From positions 1,364-65,363 of the forward strand of contig CAMKNZ010000012.1 in NCBI GenBank assembly GCA_946414315.1: 64,000 nt of DNA, read 5' to 3'. Below the pieces are notes generated by a model, which saw nothing but the letters and a program-made list of their open reading frames with translations, ran no database searches and was not told where the DNA came from. A program made the position numbers and the translations under genes. Positions 1 through 9,238 of this stretch are shown here, in pieces; positions within the stretch are counted from its first letter, which is position 1, and each line of letters opens with the position of its first letter. This DNA is from an uncultured Clostridia bacterium (GTDB lineage Bacteria; Bacillota; Clostridia; Christensenellales; Aristaeellaceae).

Positions 1-1875
1 CCGGCGGAGCTGCTCCCGCAGGGCATTGCGGGCAGCCTTTTCATCCCCGGTGACAGGCAGGGTTTCATATTCGTCGCCCGGGAGCCAGCCGGCCGCCTGA
101 TGGTCGCGAACCCAGCGACAGTGCTCCATCGGGGCGAAGACGGAAGTCATTTCATCCGTAAACTCGTTGAGCATGTCGAAGTCCACGGGGCGGTCCGTGT
201 AGAAGCAGTCGATCGCGTTCAGGTAGCGGGCGAAGCTGCGGACCTGGTTGATGTTCAGGAGCTTATACTCCAGGGACAGCTTGTTGAAGTCTTCTTCCAT
301 CTGCCCGATCGTGACCTGGTTTTCTTTGCCCTGGTATTTATAGCGGGCGTTGAGGACCACGGCAAAGTCATAGATATGGAGGAAACTGCTGTCGGAAAGC
401 CAGGTGTGCTTGATCTTCCGGTTTACAGGACGCAGGCCGGCGGACACGCGGAGCGGGAAACCGTCCAGGTTGACGATGCTCTCGATATCCTTGCGGAAAC
501 GCGCTTCTTCCGCGGCCATATCGCTGTAATCCTTCAGGCGGGGCGCCTTGCCGTCCTTCGTCTGTTTCCAGGCGGCATATTCCTTCTTCCAGGCTTCGAT
601 CTTGTCCCGCTCCTCGATATCGTAGTAATAGACAGCGGTGACCGAGGGACCGGTGAAATCGAACTCCGCGGACATGGGATGCAGCTCGGTGCGGGAGTTC
701 CGGCCGTACGCGGTGCGGTCCCAGCACTGCAGTTCGTCGCAGAGCATGAGCATCCAGGCCAGGGGGTGCAGTTCCGCCCGGAAGGTGTCCTTATGCTTTT
801 CCGGATCCTTGTAGAAGGCGATGGCGAACTTATACAGGCTGTTGTGAAGCATGATCGCGGTCAGCGCGTCGACCTGCACGGCGGTCAGCCGCTCAGCCGG
901 GCGGACGGTGACGAGCTCCCGGTACAGCCGGACAGCGCTGAAGAACGCATGGTCCATATAGTAGCCGTTCTGCTCGGGATGGGTGGGTTTGCTGCGGATG
1001 ACCTCCAGGAGCCGCTCTTCGGTGATGTCATATGCTTTGCCCAGGTGCTGTGCGATGCCGAAGGCGAGCAGATCTTCCACGGTGGCGAAATCGCGGCCGT
1101 AGAGTTTGCGGAGGGCGGCGCCGTCTTCCTCGCCGATGGCGATGAAACGGTCCAGGTCGTGATAGGCCATATAGAGGTTGCCCTTGCCGCGGTTTGCCGC
1201 GTCCACTTCGAAATAGGCGATGACCTGCTCAAAGGGAATCTCAAAGGGATAACCGATATCGTGGAAGAGGGAGGTCAGGCCCCAGGCTTCCAGGAAGAAG
1301 GCCGCGGAAGCGGGATCTTCCGGCCCGCCGGGCAGGTGATAGAAATCGCAGAAGGTTTTGCGGAAGGCCGGGTTCATATCAAAGATCGCCAGGCCCAGGG
1401 CAAAGACGTAGACCGAGTGGGAATAATGGTCCCGGTGCTTCATCAGGAGGGAGGAAGCGTTGGACTCGAACTCGGAGAGGAGTTCCACCATGTTCTGGGA
1501 ATGGCCGAACTCGCCCATGAACATTTCCAGGTAGGAATAATAGACGGTATAGGCGTCTTCCGCGACGCCGGAATCGATGAACTTGGCCAGCTCGTTTTTC
1601 AGGCAGAGGCGGTCGATATCCATCTGCATATTATAGGGGATCTGGTTGGGGCCGATGCTCATGCCCAGGTACCGGCCGGTATCCTGCTCCTCCTGTTCTT
1701 TTTTCGGATCAAAGCGGAGGCCAACGCAGCGCTTTTCCAGGAAACGCAGGGCGGCGGACTTCAGGTCCGTGCCGGATTCCGTTCCGCTGTCAGGCACAGG
1801 CTGACGGGGACCGAGGTCGGCGCCGAAAGCTGCCAGGTTTTTCTGCCGCATGGCTTCAATCGCGGTATAATTCAT
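1..1875 (-). CDS. HD-domain metal-dependent phosphohydrolase fused to a C-terminal RyR (ryanodine receptor repeat) domain; 3' end runs off the window
   Basis: Manual translation of the minus strand from ATG at 1875 (GGAGG RBS upstream): MNYTAIEAMRQKNLAAFG...; HD-family motifs KHRDHYSHSVYVFALG, WGLTSLFHDIGYPFE, MDHAFFSA, AIMLHN, LMLCDELQCWDR; RyR-like motif FAPMEHCRWVRDHQAAGWLPG near the window start. Absent from the ORF track because there is no stop inside the window; the + strand 100..1917 ORF is its codon-aligned antisense shadow. Confidence 0.85.
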   Translation of the reverse strand, partial: MNYTAIEAMRQKNLAAFGADLGPRQPVPDSGTESGTDLKSAALRFLEKRCVGLRFDPKKEQEEQDTGRYLGMSIGPNQIPYNMQMDIDRLCLKNELAKFIDSGVAEDAYTVYYSYLEMFMGEFGHSQNMVELLSEFESNASSLLMKHRDHYSHSVYVFALGLAIFDMNPAFRKTFCDFYHLPGGPEDPASAAFFLEAWGLTSLFHDIGYPFEIPFEQVIAYFEVDAANRGKGNLYMAYHDLDRFIAIGEEDGAALRKLYGRDFATVEDLLAFGIAQHLGKAYDITEERLLEVIRSKPTHPEQNGYYMDHAFFSAVRLYRELVTVRPAERLTAVQVDALTAIMLHNSLYKFAIAFYKDPEKHKDTFRAELHPLAWMLMLCDELQCWDRTAYGRNSRTELHPMSAEFDFTGPSVTAVYYYDIEERDKIEAWKKEYAAWKQTKDGKAPRLKDYSDMAAEEARFRKDIESIVNLDGFPLRVSAGLRPVNRKIKHTWLSDSSFLHIYDFAVVLNARYKYQGKENQVTIGQMEEDFNKLSLEYKLLNINQVRSFARYLNAIDCFYTDRPVDFDMLNEFTDEMTSVFAPMEHCRWVRDHQAAGWLPGDEYETLPVTGDEKAARNALREQLRR

Positions 1876-1922
1876 ACAATTATGCCTCCATCAATATATA
1901 ACGGTCAGTTGTTGTAAAAATC

Positions 1923-1952
1923 ATTATAGCACAAACTGGAAGAAAACGGCAA
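1923..1952 (-). promoter_or_regulatory. sigma70/sigmaA promoter for the HD-RyR gene
   Basis: Minus strand TTGCCG-N18-TATAAT with extended -10 (TGcTATAAT). Confidence 0.6.
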
Positions 1953-1965
1953 ACAGCAAAAAAGA

Positions 1966-1994
1966 TTGAAAAAAACGGACAAATCATATATGAT
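1966..1994 (+). promoter_or_regulatory. sigma70/sigmaA promoter for the TIR-TM-LRR operon
   Basis: TTGAAA-N17-TATGAT, back-to-back with the minus-strand promoter in an AT-rich intergenic region. Confidence 0.55.
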
Positions 1995-2047
1995 GACTGG
2001 GAGCGATACATATATAAATAATCTATTCCGGAAGGATCTCCAGACGG

Positions 2048-3169
2048 ATGAGCAAAATAGAGCGCAGATGTCCGCCCTATGAGGGCGGCGATCCATATTT
2101 GTATCTGTGCTTCGCGGAAAAAGACAGCGAGGCTGTGTTTCCGCTGCTCGAACATCTGTACCGGCGCGGTATCCGCATCTGGTACAACGTGGAGAGCACC
2201 GCGGACATGGAGGAGCTGAACCGGCAGCAGGAGCGGATGAACGGCGCTTCACTGGTGGTGCTTTACCTGACGGACAACGTCCGGGAGGCCGGAAATAAAA
2301 AGAATACCCTGCTGTATTACCAGCAGCAGGGGAAACCGGTGATCAGCATCGATACGGACGACGGCGACAACGAACTCTCCGTCGGCCTGACCGAAGCGGC
2401 AAAGCACATTGACGCACAGGCGGTCCGGGGAGCGGAGGAACTGGAAGCGGCACTGATCCGTACGGAGGGTTTCTCCCAGGAACTGATCGGTGATCCGCCG
2501 GCAATCAAAAACAGTTTCGGCAAGGCGGCAGCTGTCATCCTGGCGATCACCCTGCTGGTGGCCGGGGTATCCTTTTACGGATATAAGGTACACGGCTGGT
2601 TCGTCACCTGGCTGCCTACACCGACGCCCACACCGGTCGTGACGCCGACGCCGGCGCCTGTGCTGGTGGGAAACGTGAGGGAGAGCCTGGAAAGGGACCT
2701 GAAAGCAGGACTGTCGAAAGGCCTGGCAATCTATGTGACAACGGAACGGAAAAACACGCAGAAGAGCCGGCTGAAGGAAGGACTGGCCGGCGGACTGGCC
2801 GGGCAGCGGGCCGCGTTCCGGGAACTGGAAGCGAAGAAGGCGCTGCGGGATTCAATCCGGGACAACCTGGCGGCGGGCCTGAAAGGGAGCGCGACGCCGG
2901 TGATCATCGACACGGTGACCTTTGAGGACGAAAAGCTGACGGACGCGCTGCGGAGCGCCGTCGGCGGCGGAATGATCACCACAAAGGCGCTGGAACGGGT
3001 AACGAAGCTGAAACTGGAGGAGCTGCCCGAGGACCTTTCCGGGCTGAAGGAAAAAGCGCCGAACCTGACCATGCTGATCCTGCCCCAGGAGGCGGCAAAG
3101 AAAGCGCTGGAGACGGTGGAGGGACAGTACGACATCGCGCTGGCTCCGGAAGGGGAGGCGGCGCAGTGA
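2048..3169 (+). CDS. Degenerate TIR domain - TM - Pro/Thr linker - short LRR/cap protein (receptor 1)
   Basis: N-terminus PYEGGDPYLYLCFAEKD...GIRIWY aligns with the TIR of the next gene; TM AAAVILAITLLVAGVSFYGY; PTPTPTP linker; C-terminal internalin-like cap/LRR (VTFEDEKLTDALRSAV...DLSGLKEKAPNLTMLIL). The catalytic Glu position is Thr. Confidence 0.75.
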   Translation: MSKIERRCPPYEGGDPYLYLCFAEKDSEAVFPLLEHLYRRGIRIWYNVESTADMEELNRQQERMNGASLVVLYLTDNVREAGNKKNTLLYYQQQGKPVISIDTDDGDNELSVGLTEAAKHIDAQAVRGAEELEAALIRTEGFSQELIGDPPAIKNSFGKAAAVILAITLLVAGVSFYGYKVHGWFVTWLPTPTPTPVVTPTPAPVLVGNVRESLERDLKAGLSKGLAIYVTTERKNTQKSRLKEGLAGGLAGQRAAFRELEAKKALRDSIRDNLAAGLKGSATPVIIDTVTFEDEKLTDALRSAVGGGMITTKALERVTKLKLEELPEDLSGLKEKAPNLTMLILPQEAAKKALETVEGQYDIALAPEGEAAQ

Positions 3170-4551
3170 TCGAGTTCTTTAAACCGTATGAAGGCAAAAA
3201 ACCGTATATTTTTATCAGCTACAGCCATCAGAATTCCGCGGAAGTTATTGAAACAATCCGCCTGATCCATAACAAAATGTACCGGCTGTGGTACGACGAG
3301 GGCATCCCCGCGGGCAGCGACTGGCCGCACAATATCGCGGTGCACATGAATGACTGCCGGATGGTGATGTTCTTCGTGAGCCGGCCGGCGCTTGAATCGC
3401 CGAACTGCCTGAGCGAGATGACCACGGCGGCCAGGCAGGGGAAAAAGATCCTGCTGATGAAGCTGGAGGACATTCCGGAGGCGGAAATCCCGGAAAAATG
3501 GCGCAAATGCCTGCGGACCGCCACGGCCCTTGATCCGGCGGGTACGCCGGAGGAACGGGCGGAACACATCCTGAACTGCCCGCTGCTGACAGACGAATAC
3601 CTGGGCGCGGAAGAAGATTTCCAGACCATGGAGGAGCGCTCGGCCAGGGGGAGCGTCGCCTCAGTGATCGCGATGGTCGTCGCGAGCCTGCTGCTGATCG
3701 CCGCGCTGAGCGGCGTGACTGCGCTGCTCACAGGCCTGATCAAGATCGAAGAGACGCCGACGCCGACACCGCCGCCTACCCTGCCGCCGACGCCGAGCCA
3801 GACGATCACCCCGACGCTGACACCGGCGCCGCCTGAGCCCTCCGAGGAACCGACCGAAGAACCGACGGAGGAGCCCACCGAAGAACCCACTGAAGAGCCG
3901 ACGGAGGAGCCCACCGAAGAACCCACCGAAGAACCGACGGAGAAGCCGACGCCTTCTCCGACGCCTGCGCCTCCGCTGCCCACGCCTACATTCTTCATCA
4001 GCGAGGGCGAACAAAACTGGATCATCGACTTTACCGACCGGAAGCAGGAAGAGCGGGCAATCCGGGACGCGCTGAACGCAGAGGACGGCGTACAGCTCCG
4101 GTACGGGGATCTGTATCCGATCGAAGAGATCTATTTTGTCGGAAACAAGACCCATGTGGACATGGACGCCATTGAGATCGCCGCGGACGGAACGGTAACC
4201 TCATTCGGGACGCCGATTAAACAGGAGGGCACTGTTCAGAAGGTCGACCTGATCGCCGCCATGGCCAGCCTGCGGAAACTGACGCTGATCCAGCAGCCGG
4301 TGAAGGATATTTCCGGACTGAACCACCTGCAGGTGCTGGAAGAACTCAACCTGGCCTGCACCGGGGTGAGCAGCGTTGCGGGGCTGACGGACCTTCCGAG
4401 CCTGCGGACGCTGAACCTGATCCATACCAACGTGAAGGACCTGACCTCGCTGGCGGACCTGCCGAAGCTGGAGACGGTCATCGTCAACGCGGAGATGCTT
4501 CCGGTGACGATCCCCAAAGACGCGAAGTTTGATGTAATGCTGGTGAAGTGA
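3166..4551 (+). CDS. TIR domain (catalytic Glu retained) - TM - Pro/Thr/Glu stalk - LRR protein (receptor 2)
   Basis: Canonical TIR_2-like sequence PYIFISYSHQN...LWYDEGIPAGSDW...FFVSRPALESPNCLSEM; TM SVASVIAMVVASLLLIAALSGVTALL; EEPT repeats; LRRs (DISGLNHLQVLEELNL, GLTDLPSLRTLNL, DLTSLADLPKLETVIV). GTG start overlaps the upstream TGA. Confidence 0.88.
   Translation: MIEFFKPYEGKKPYIFISYSHQNSAEVIETIRLIHNKMYRLWYDEGIPAGSDWPHNIAVHMNDCRMVMFFVSRPALESPNCLSEMTTAARQGKKILLMKLEDIPEAEIPEKWRKCLRTATALDPAGTPEERAEHILNCPLLTDEYLGAEEDFQTMEERSARGSVASVIAMVVASLLLIAALSGVTALLTGLIKIEETPTPTPPPTLPPTPSQTITPTLTPAPPEPSEEPTEEPTEEPTEEPTEEPTEEPTEEPTEEPTEKPTPSPTPAPPLPTPTFFISEGEQNWIIDFTDRKQEERAIRDALNAEDGVQLRYGDLYPIEEIYFVGNKTHVDMDAIEIAADGTVTSFGTPIKQEGTVQKVDLIAAMASLRKLTLIQQPVKDISGLNHLQVLEELNLACTGVSSVAGLTDLPSLRTLNLIHTNVKDLTSLADLPKLETVIVNAEMLPVTIPKDAKFDVMLVK
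3844..3951 (+). repeat. 12-bp coding tandem repeat (EEPT x8 + EKPT)
   Basis: GARGARCCNACN-type units seen directly in sequence. Confidence 0.9.
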
Positions 4552-4569
4552 ACATAAAGGAGACCGGAC

Positions 4570-5121
4570 ATGAACAAGCCATACAGCGGAAACGGGAAGC
4601 CATTCGTACTGGCGCTGTTTGCGGAGCAGGACAGGGAAAAGGTCCTGCCGGTGCTGGAAGCGCTGGAGAAGAAAGGACTGACCCTTTGCGGGCAGGACGG
4701 AAAGGCGACGGAGGCCCAGGCGAGGAAGGCCTGTACGACGGTGGCCTTCCTTTCCGGGCACTTCGCGAAGGATGAAGGAAAGCAGAAAGCGTTCTTCGCC
4801 GCGGACGCGGCGCAGCTGCCCGTCATTCCGGTAAAGCTGGACGACGCGAAGCAGCCGGACGTGCTGGAACGCGCCATCATGGCCAAGAACTCTATCCTGG
4901 CGGAACGCTACAGCACGGAGGAACTGGCGGACCGCATCGCAGGCGCGGAAAGCCTGAACCCGCCGAAACTGACGCCGGCGCAGACCGGCGGAAACCGGCT
5001 GCGGAACATCCTGATCCTGGCCGTCGCGCTGGTGGCGTTTATCGGCGCCCTGTGGGCGGTCAACAGCAGGACGCATTTCCTGGATCCGATTATCCAGCAG
5101 ATCTGCCCGACGCCGACGCCC
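4570..5121 (+). repeat. 552-bp near-identical direct repeat, copy 1 (TIR-TM coding segment)
   Basis: Matches 8687..9238 at offset 4117; by eye only two substitutions (4599, 4606). Confidence 0.9.
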
Positions 5122-8100
5122 GAGCCGACGGCCACGCCGACGCCAGAACCGACGGCTACGCCCACTCCCACGCCGACGCCGAGCCCGACGCCGAGTCCGA
5201 CGCCGACACCCAGCCCGACGCCGACACCGACGCCCACACCTACGCCGACAGCAACCCCGACACCTACGCCGACCCCCACGCCGACGGTAACCCCGACGCC
5301 GACCCCGACGCCGACACCGACGCCCACACCTACGCCCGAGCCGATCCTGACCCGGGAGATCATTGAAAAATACAAGATTACAGACCAGGAACTGGATCAG
5401 ATCACCCATGTGGTAATCATCGGCGAGCAGGCTGTGTTTACCAGGAACGCGGAGGGTGTGAACGACCTGTTCCAGCTTGCCAGCCGCGGAAGCAATGAAA
5501 AAGGCGCTGTCTGGTTCAGCAACGAGGACGGCCATGAGATGGTCCGGACGACCTATGACGACCTGTGGTTCCTGGACAGGATGCCGAATCTGACACATAT
5601 CAGCATCGCCGAGGCGGAACTGGTCAACATGCCGAACCTGAAACCGTTGAAAAGACTGAGAAGGGTCTGGGTATCCGATTGCGTCATGACGGACCTGAAG
5701 TGGCTGGAAGGGAGCGCCATACAGTCTTTCATGTTCAACAGCAGCGGTGAGCATGACTTTTCCCCGCTGACCAGTTGCCCGAGGCTGACCAGTGTCCAGA
5801 TTGACTTCTGGACCTGCCGGGACGCCGAAATGTCCGGGTTCGCGCCGCCGAAGCTGACGGAGCTGAACCTGGGGAACGGGTACGATATCCAGAAGATGGA
5901 CCTGGGCGCCCTCAGCGCCTGCAAAGACCTGACGTCGATCCATCTGGAAAATCTTCCGCTGCAGGATATTTCCTTTGCACAGGACAAGAAGTATCTGAAC
6001 TTTATCGAACTGAAAAGAATCCGGGGCCTTTCCGACCTGAGCCCGCTGGGCGGACTGACCGGCCTGAAGTCGCTTTCCGTCAATGAATGCGACAACGTCC
6101 GGGACTATTCCCCGATCGGCGGCTGTACCGGGCTGGAAGAGCTGAACCTGAACATCCGGTGGGACCGCAGGATCGAGAATGCCGACTGGATCGCCAATAT
6201 GCCGAACATCCGGGACATCGGCCTGTACGGCTGCAAGCTGAAGGACGTTAACTTCCTGGACAGTATTCCGCAGAACCGGCAGATCCATTTCGGCTTTGCC
6301 GGGTCGCTGGGGGACAGCTCCGCCCTGAAACGGCACAAAAAATACGGCTATGTGCACGTAAACCCGGAGAACGGAAACTACGCGCTGGTGGCCGACGACC
6401 TGAAGGACGCCGAGATCTGGCACCTGATGCTGTACAAGATTGAAAAGATGGACCTGAGCATGCTGCCGAAGGTGACCAACAGGCTGGAGATCGTGGGAGG
6501 CAACCTGGAGAACTTCCGCGGGCTGCCGGAGATGGACATCCGGGAGCTGGTCCTGCAGGATCCCCAGCGGCTGAAGACGCTGGACGGGATCGAGAGCCTG
6601 ACGCAGCTGCATAAGAACGGTAAGCTGGCAATTGAGATCGACGGCTGCCCGCGCCTGACGGACTACAGCGCGCTGAACGGAAAAAAACTGGAGAAGATCG
6701 TGTTCAGCTGCACCTATATGCTGCCGGACCTGAGCACGTTTGAAACGAAAGACCTGACCCTGGACTATATCGAAGGGCTGGAAGACCTGAGCTGCCTGGA
6801 AGCGCTGGATCCGGCAAAGCGGATCGACCTGGCGGTCTTTTCGGATACGATTACCAACCTGCTGCCGGCCAGCAGGCTGAGAGGGAACAAGATCCGCGTT
6901 TCCCCGCAGCTGGGCGAGCAGGCCCAGGCCTTTGTGGATGAAAAATACTACCGGGAGATGGAGATCAGTTATCCGGACCACTCCTGGAAGCGGAGCGAGT
7001 TCGGTTTCACCCTGCTGAACCTGGAGGAAATCGACGAGCTGCCGGCGGCGGTGCTGGCCAAGGTCGAATACCTGTACCTGGTCGGCGACACCGTGGTGGA
7101 TACCGAGCACATGGACGCCTGGCGCGACTGGGATTGGGAGAATAACCGGAACCAGTGGTATGTAAAGAACCGCGACTCCGAGGAGCCGATCCCGGTTCCG
7201 CAGGGAACGGTGACGGACTTCAGCCGGATCGCCAAACTGACGGGCCTGAAGCAGCTGCAGATCATGTGCCAGCCGATGGAGAACCTGGAGGGCCTGGACG
7301 GCATGGAGCAGCTGGAGCGGGTGTACATTGAAGACTGCGACAGGCTGAACGACATTTCCACGCTGTTCACGCTGGAGAGCATGCATGAGATCGACGTCCG
7401 GAACGCGCCGGTGAGTTCGATCCAGGGCATCCAGAACCTGCCGGGGCTGACCTACCTGAACCTGAACAATACCAATGTGACGGACATCACGCCGCTTAAC
7501 CAGTGCGACCTGTCCTTCGCGCAGGAATCCGGCGGGCTGAGCCTGACGGTGCAGGGCAGGGAACCGGTTGAAGACCTGTCGCCGCTGGAAGGTATCAAAT
7601 CATTCAACATGATGTTCATGAACGAGCGGGACGCGAAGAGCTGGCTGCCGCATATGCAGGGGGCAAGCGTACGGGAACTGAACATCAGCACGCTGCCTTC
7701 CGAGGTGCTTCCGCTGCTGGACGGGATCAGCGTCGAACAGCTGCATTACGACAATTTCCTGCTGAGCCGCCTGGAAGACCTGGATACGGTGCCGGACCAG
7801 ATGCTTTCGGAGATCCGGTCGCTGATGATCCTCGGCAATGAGATCGCTGATCCGAACCAGACCGGATACAGCCATTACTGGGATAACCGGCAGCGGAAGG
7901 AGATCCCGACAGTCAATAAGTGGCAGACGGGCGAACAGTATCCGATCGAACAGGGTACGGTCACGGACCTGAGCGGGCTGGCAAGACTGGGCAACCTGGA
8001 AGAGCTGACGATCATTGCCCAGCCCCTGGAAGACCTGGGACCCATCGGGCAGCTGGGTGCCCTGAAAATGCTGAAAATCAACTTCTGCGACCAGGTGAAG

Positions 8101-8655
8101 GACCTGACGCCGGTATTCGGAAACCAGAATATCCAGAGGCTGGAGATCGACTTCTGCAAGGGGATCACTTCGATCCGGGGGATCGGGGAAATGAAGAATC
8201 TCTGTTACCTGTCCCTGGGCAGCAGTATCAGCGACCTGTCGCCGATGGAGGAGATCGACTACAGTTTCGCGATGAAGGAGCAGAACGGCTTCGGGTTCAG
8301 CACGACCAACGAAAAGACCAGGAGCTTTGCTCCGCTGAAGGCGGTGCCCTGCTTCTCCGAACTGGACCTGGGCGGGATGAACAACGCAAAGTGGATCAAC
8401 GAACTGAAGGAAAGCAGGATCCTCAGCCTGAAGTATATGGGATTCCAGAGACAGAAGGATTTTGAAACGTTTGTCAGCCAGCATCCGGAAATTGAGGAAC
8501 TGAACATCTCCTGGAACGGCAGGCTGACAGACCTGAGCATGCTGCCGGACATGCCGAACCTGAAACGGGTGCAGATCTCGGTCGGTATGGAAAAGGCGGA
8601 ACAGACGCTGGAAGGAAAGACGTATTCATTTGAACTGGTCAAAGAGGGACAGTGA
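4570..8655 (+). CDS. Degenerate TIR - TM - Pro/Thr stalk - large multi-module LRR protein, 1361 aa (receptor 3)
   Basis: N-terminus [19 protein letters not shown]...[10 protein letters not shown]...[10 protein letters not shown] is TIR-like; [24 protein letters not shown]; about 78-aa PT stalk; many DLSxLxxLxxLxxLxL repeats. AAGGAG RBS upstream. Confidence 0.85.
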   Translation: MNKPYSGNGKPFVLALFAEQDREKVLPVLEALEKKGLTLCGQDGKATEAQARKACTTVAFLSGHFAKDEGKQKAFFAADAAQLPVIPVKLDDAKQPDVLERAIMAKNSILAERYSTEELADRIAGAESLNPPKLTPAQTGGNRLRNILILAVALVAFIGALWAVNSRTHFLDPIIQQICPTPTPEPTATPTPEPTATPTPTPTPSPTPSPTPTPSPTPTPTPTPTPTATPTPTPTPTPTVTPTPTPTPTPTPTPTPEPILTREIIEKYKITDQELDQITHVVIIGEQAVFTRNAEGVNDLFQLASRGSNEKGAVWFSNEDGHEMVRTTYDDLWFLDRMPNLTHISIAEAELVNMPNLKPLKRLRRVWVSDCVMTDLKWLEGSAIQSFMFNSSGEHDFSPLTSCPRLTSVQIDFWTCRDAEMSGFAPPKLTELNLGNGYDIQKMDLGALSACKDLTSIHLENLPLQDISFAQDKKYLNFIELKRIRGLSDLSPLGGLTGLKSLSVNECDNVRDYSPIGGCTGLEELNLNIRWDRRIENADWIANMPNIRDIGLYGCKLKDVNFLDSIPQNRQIHFGFAGSLGDSSALKRHKKYGYVHVNPENGNYALVADDLKDAEIWHLMLYKIEKMDLSMLPKVTNRLEIVGGNLENFRGLPEMDIRELVLQDPQRLKTLDGIESLTQLHKNGKLAIEIDGCPRLTDYSALNGKKLEKIVFSCTYMLPDLSTFETKDLTLDYIEGLEDLSCLEALDPAKRIDLAVFSDTITNLLPASRLRGNKIRVSPQLGEQAQAFVDEKYYREMEISYPDHSWKRSEFGFTLLNLEEIDELPAAVLAKVEYLYLVGDTVVDTEHMDAWRDWDWENNRNQWYVKNRDSEEPIPVPQGTVTDFSRIAKLTGLKQLQIMCQPMENLEGLDGMEQLERVYIEDCDRLNDISTLFTLESMHEIDVRNAPVSSIQGIQNLPGLTYLNLNNTNVTDITPLNQCDLSFAQESGGLSLTVQGREPVEDLSPLEGIKSFNMMFMNERDAKSWLPHMQGASVRELNISTLPSEVLPLLDGISVEQLHYDNFLLSRLEDLDTVPDQMLSEIRSLMILGNEIADPNQTGYSHYWDNRQRKEIPTVNKWQTGEQYPIEQGTVTDLSGLARLGNLEELTIIAQPLEDLGPIGQLGALKMLKINFCDQVKDLTPVFGNQNIQRLEIDFCKGITSIRGIGEMKNLCYLSLGSSISDLSPMEEIDYSFAMKEQNGFGFSTTNEKTRSFAPLKAVPCFSELDLGGMNNAKWINELKESRILSLKYMGFQRQKDFETFVSQHPEIEELNISWNGRLTDLSMLPDMPNLKRVQISVGMEKAEQTLEGKTYSFELVKEGQ
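5107..5340 (+). repeat. Pro/Thr low-complexity linker (CCGACG-type hexamer repeats)
   Basis: [13 protein letters not shown]... seen directly. Confidence 0.9.
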
Positions 8656-8686
8656 CCAACACAATAAAGGCAAGGGAGTCTGAAAC

Positions 8687-9238
8687 ATGAACAAGCCATA
8701 CAGCGGAAACGGGAAACCATTCATACTGGCGCTGTTTGCGGAGCAGGACAGGGAAAAGGTCCTGCCGGTGCTGGAAGCGCTGGAGAAGAAAGGACTGACC
8801 CTTTGCGGGCAGGACGGAAAGGCGACGGAGGCCCAGGCGAGGAAGGCCTGTACGACGGTGGCCTTCCTTTCCGGGCACTTCGCGAAGGATGAAGGAAAGC
8901 AGAAAGCGTTCTTCGCCGCGGACGCGGCGCAGCTGCCCGTCATTCCGGTAAAGCTGGACGACGCGAAGCAGCCGGACGTGCTGGAACGCGCCATCATGGC
9001 CAAGAACTCTATCCTGGCGGAACGCTACAGCACGGAGGAACTGGCGGACCGCATCGCAGGCGCGGAAAGCCTGAACCCGCCGAAACTGACGCCGGCGCAG
9101 ACCGGCGGAAACCGGCTGCGGAACATCCTGATCCTGGCCGTCGCGCTGGTGGCGTTTATCGGCGCCCTGTGGGCGGTCAACAGCAGGACGCATTTCCTGG
9201 ATCCGATTATCCAGCAGATCTGCCCGACGCCGACGCCC
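8687..9238 (+). repeat. 552-bp near-identical direct repeat, copy 2
   Basis: Matches 4570..5121. Confidence 0.9.

Noticed and set aside
100-1917. 605-aa + strand ORF
   Set aside because: Codon-aligned antisense shadow of the real minus-strand HD-RyR gene; no motifs or RBS.
4201-7386. 1061-aa minus-strand ORF and other long antisense ORFs (e.g. 11606-13117, 15578-17338, 36368-38314, 44899-46743, 46554-48464, 49010-50944)
   Set aside because: Antisense shadows of GC-rich, codon-biased genes with well-supported + strand products.
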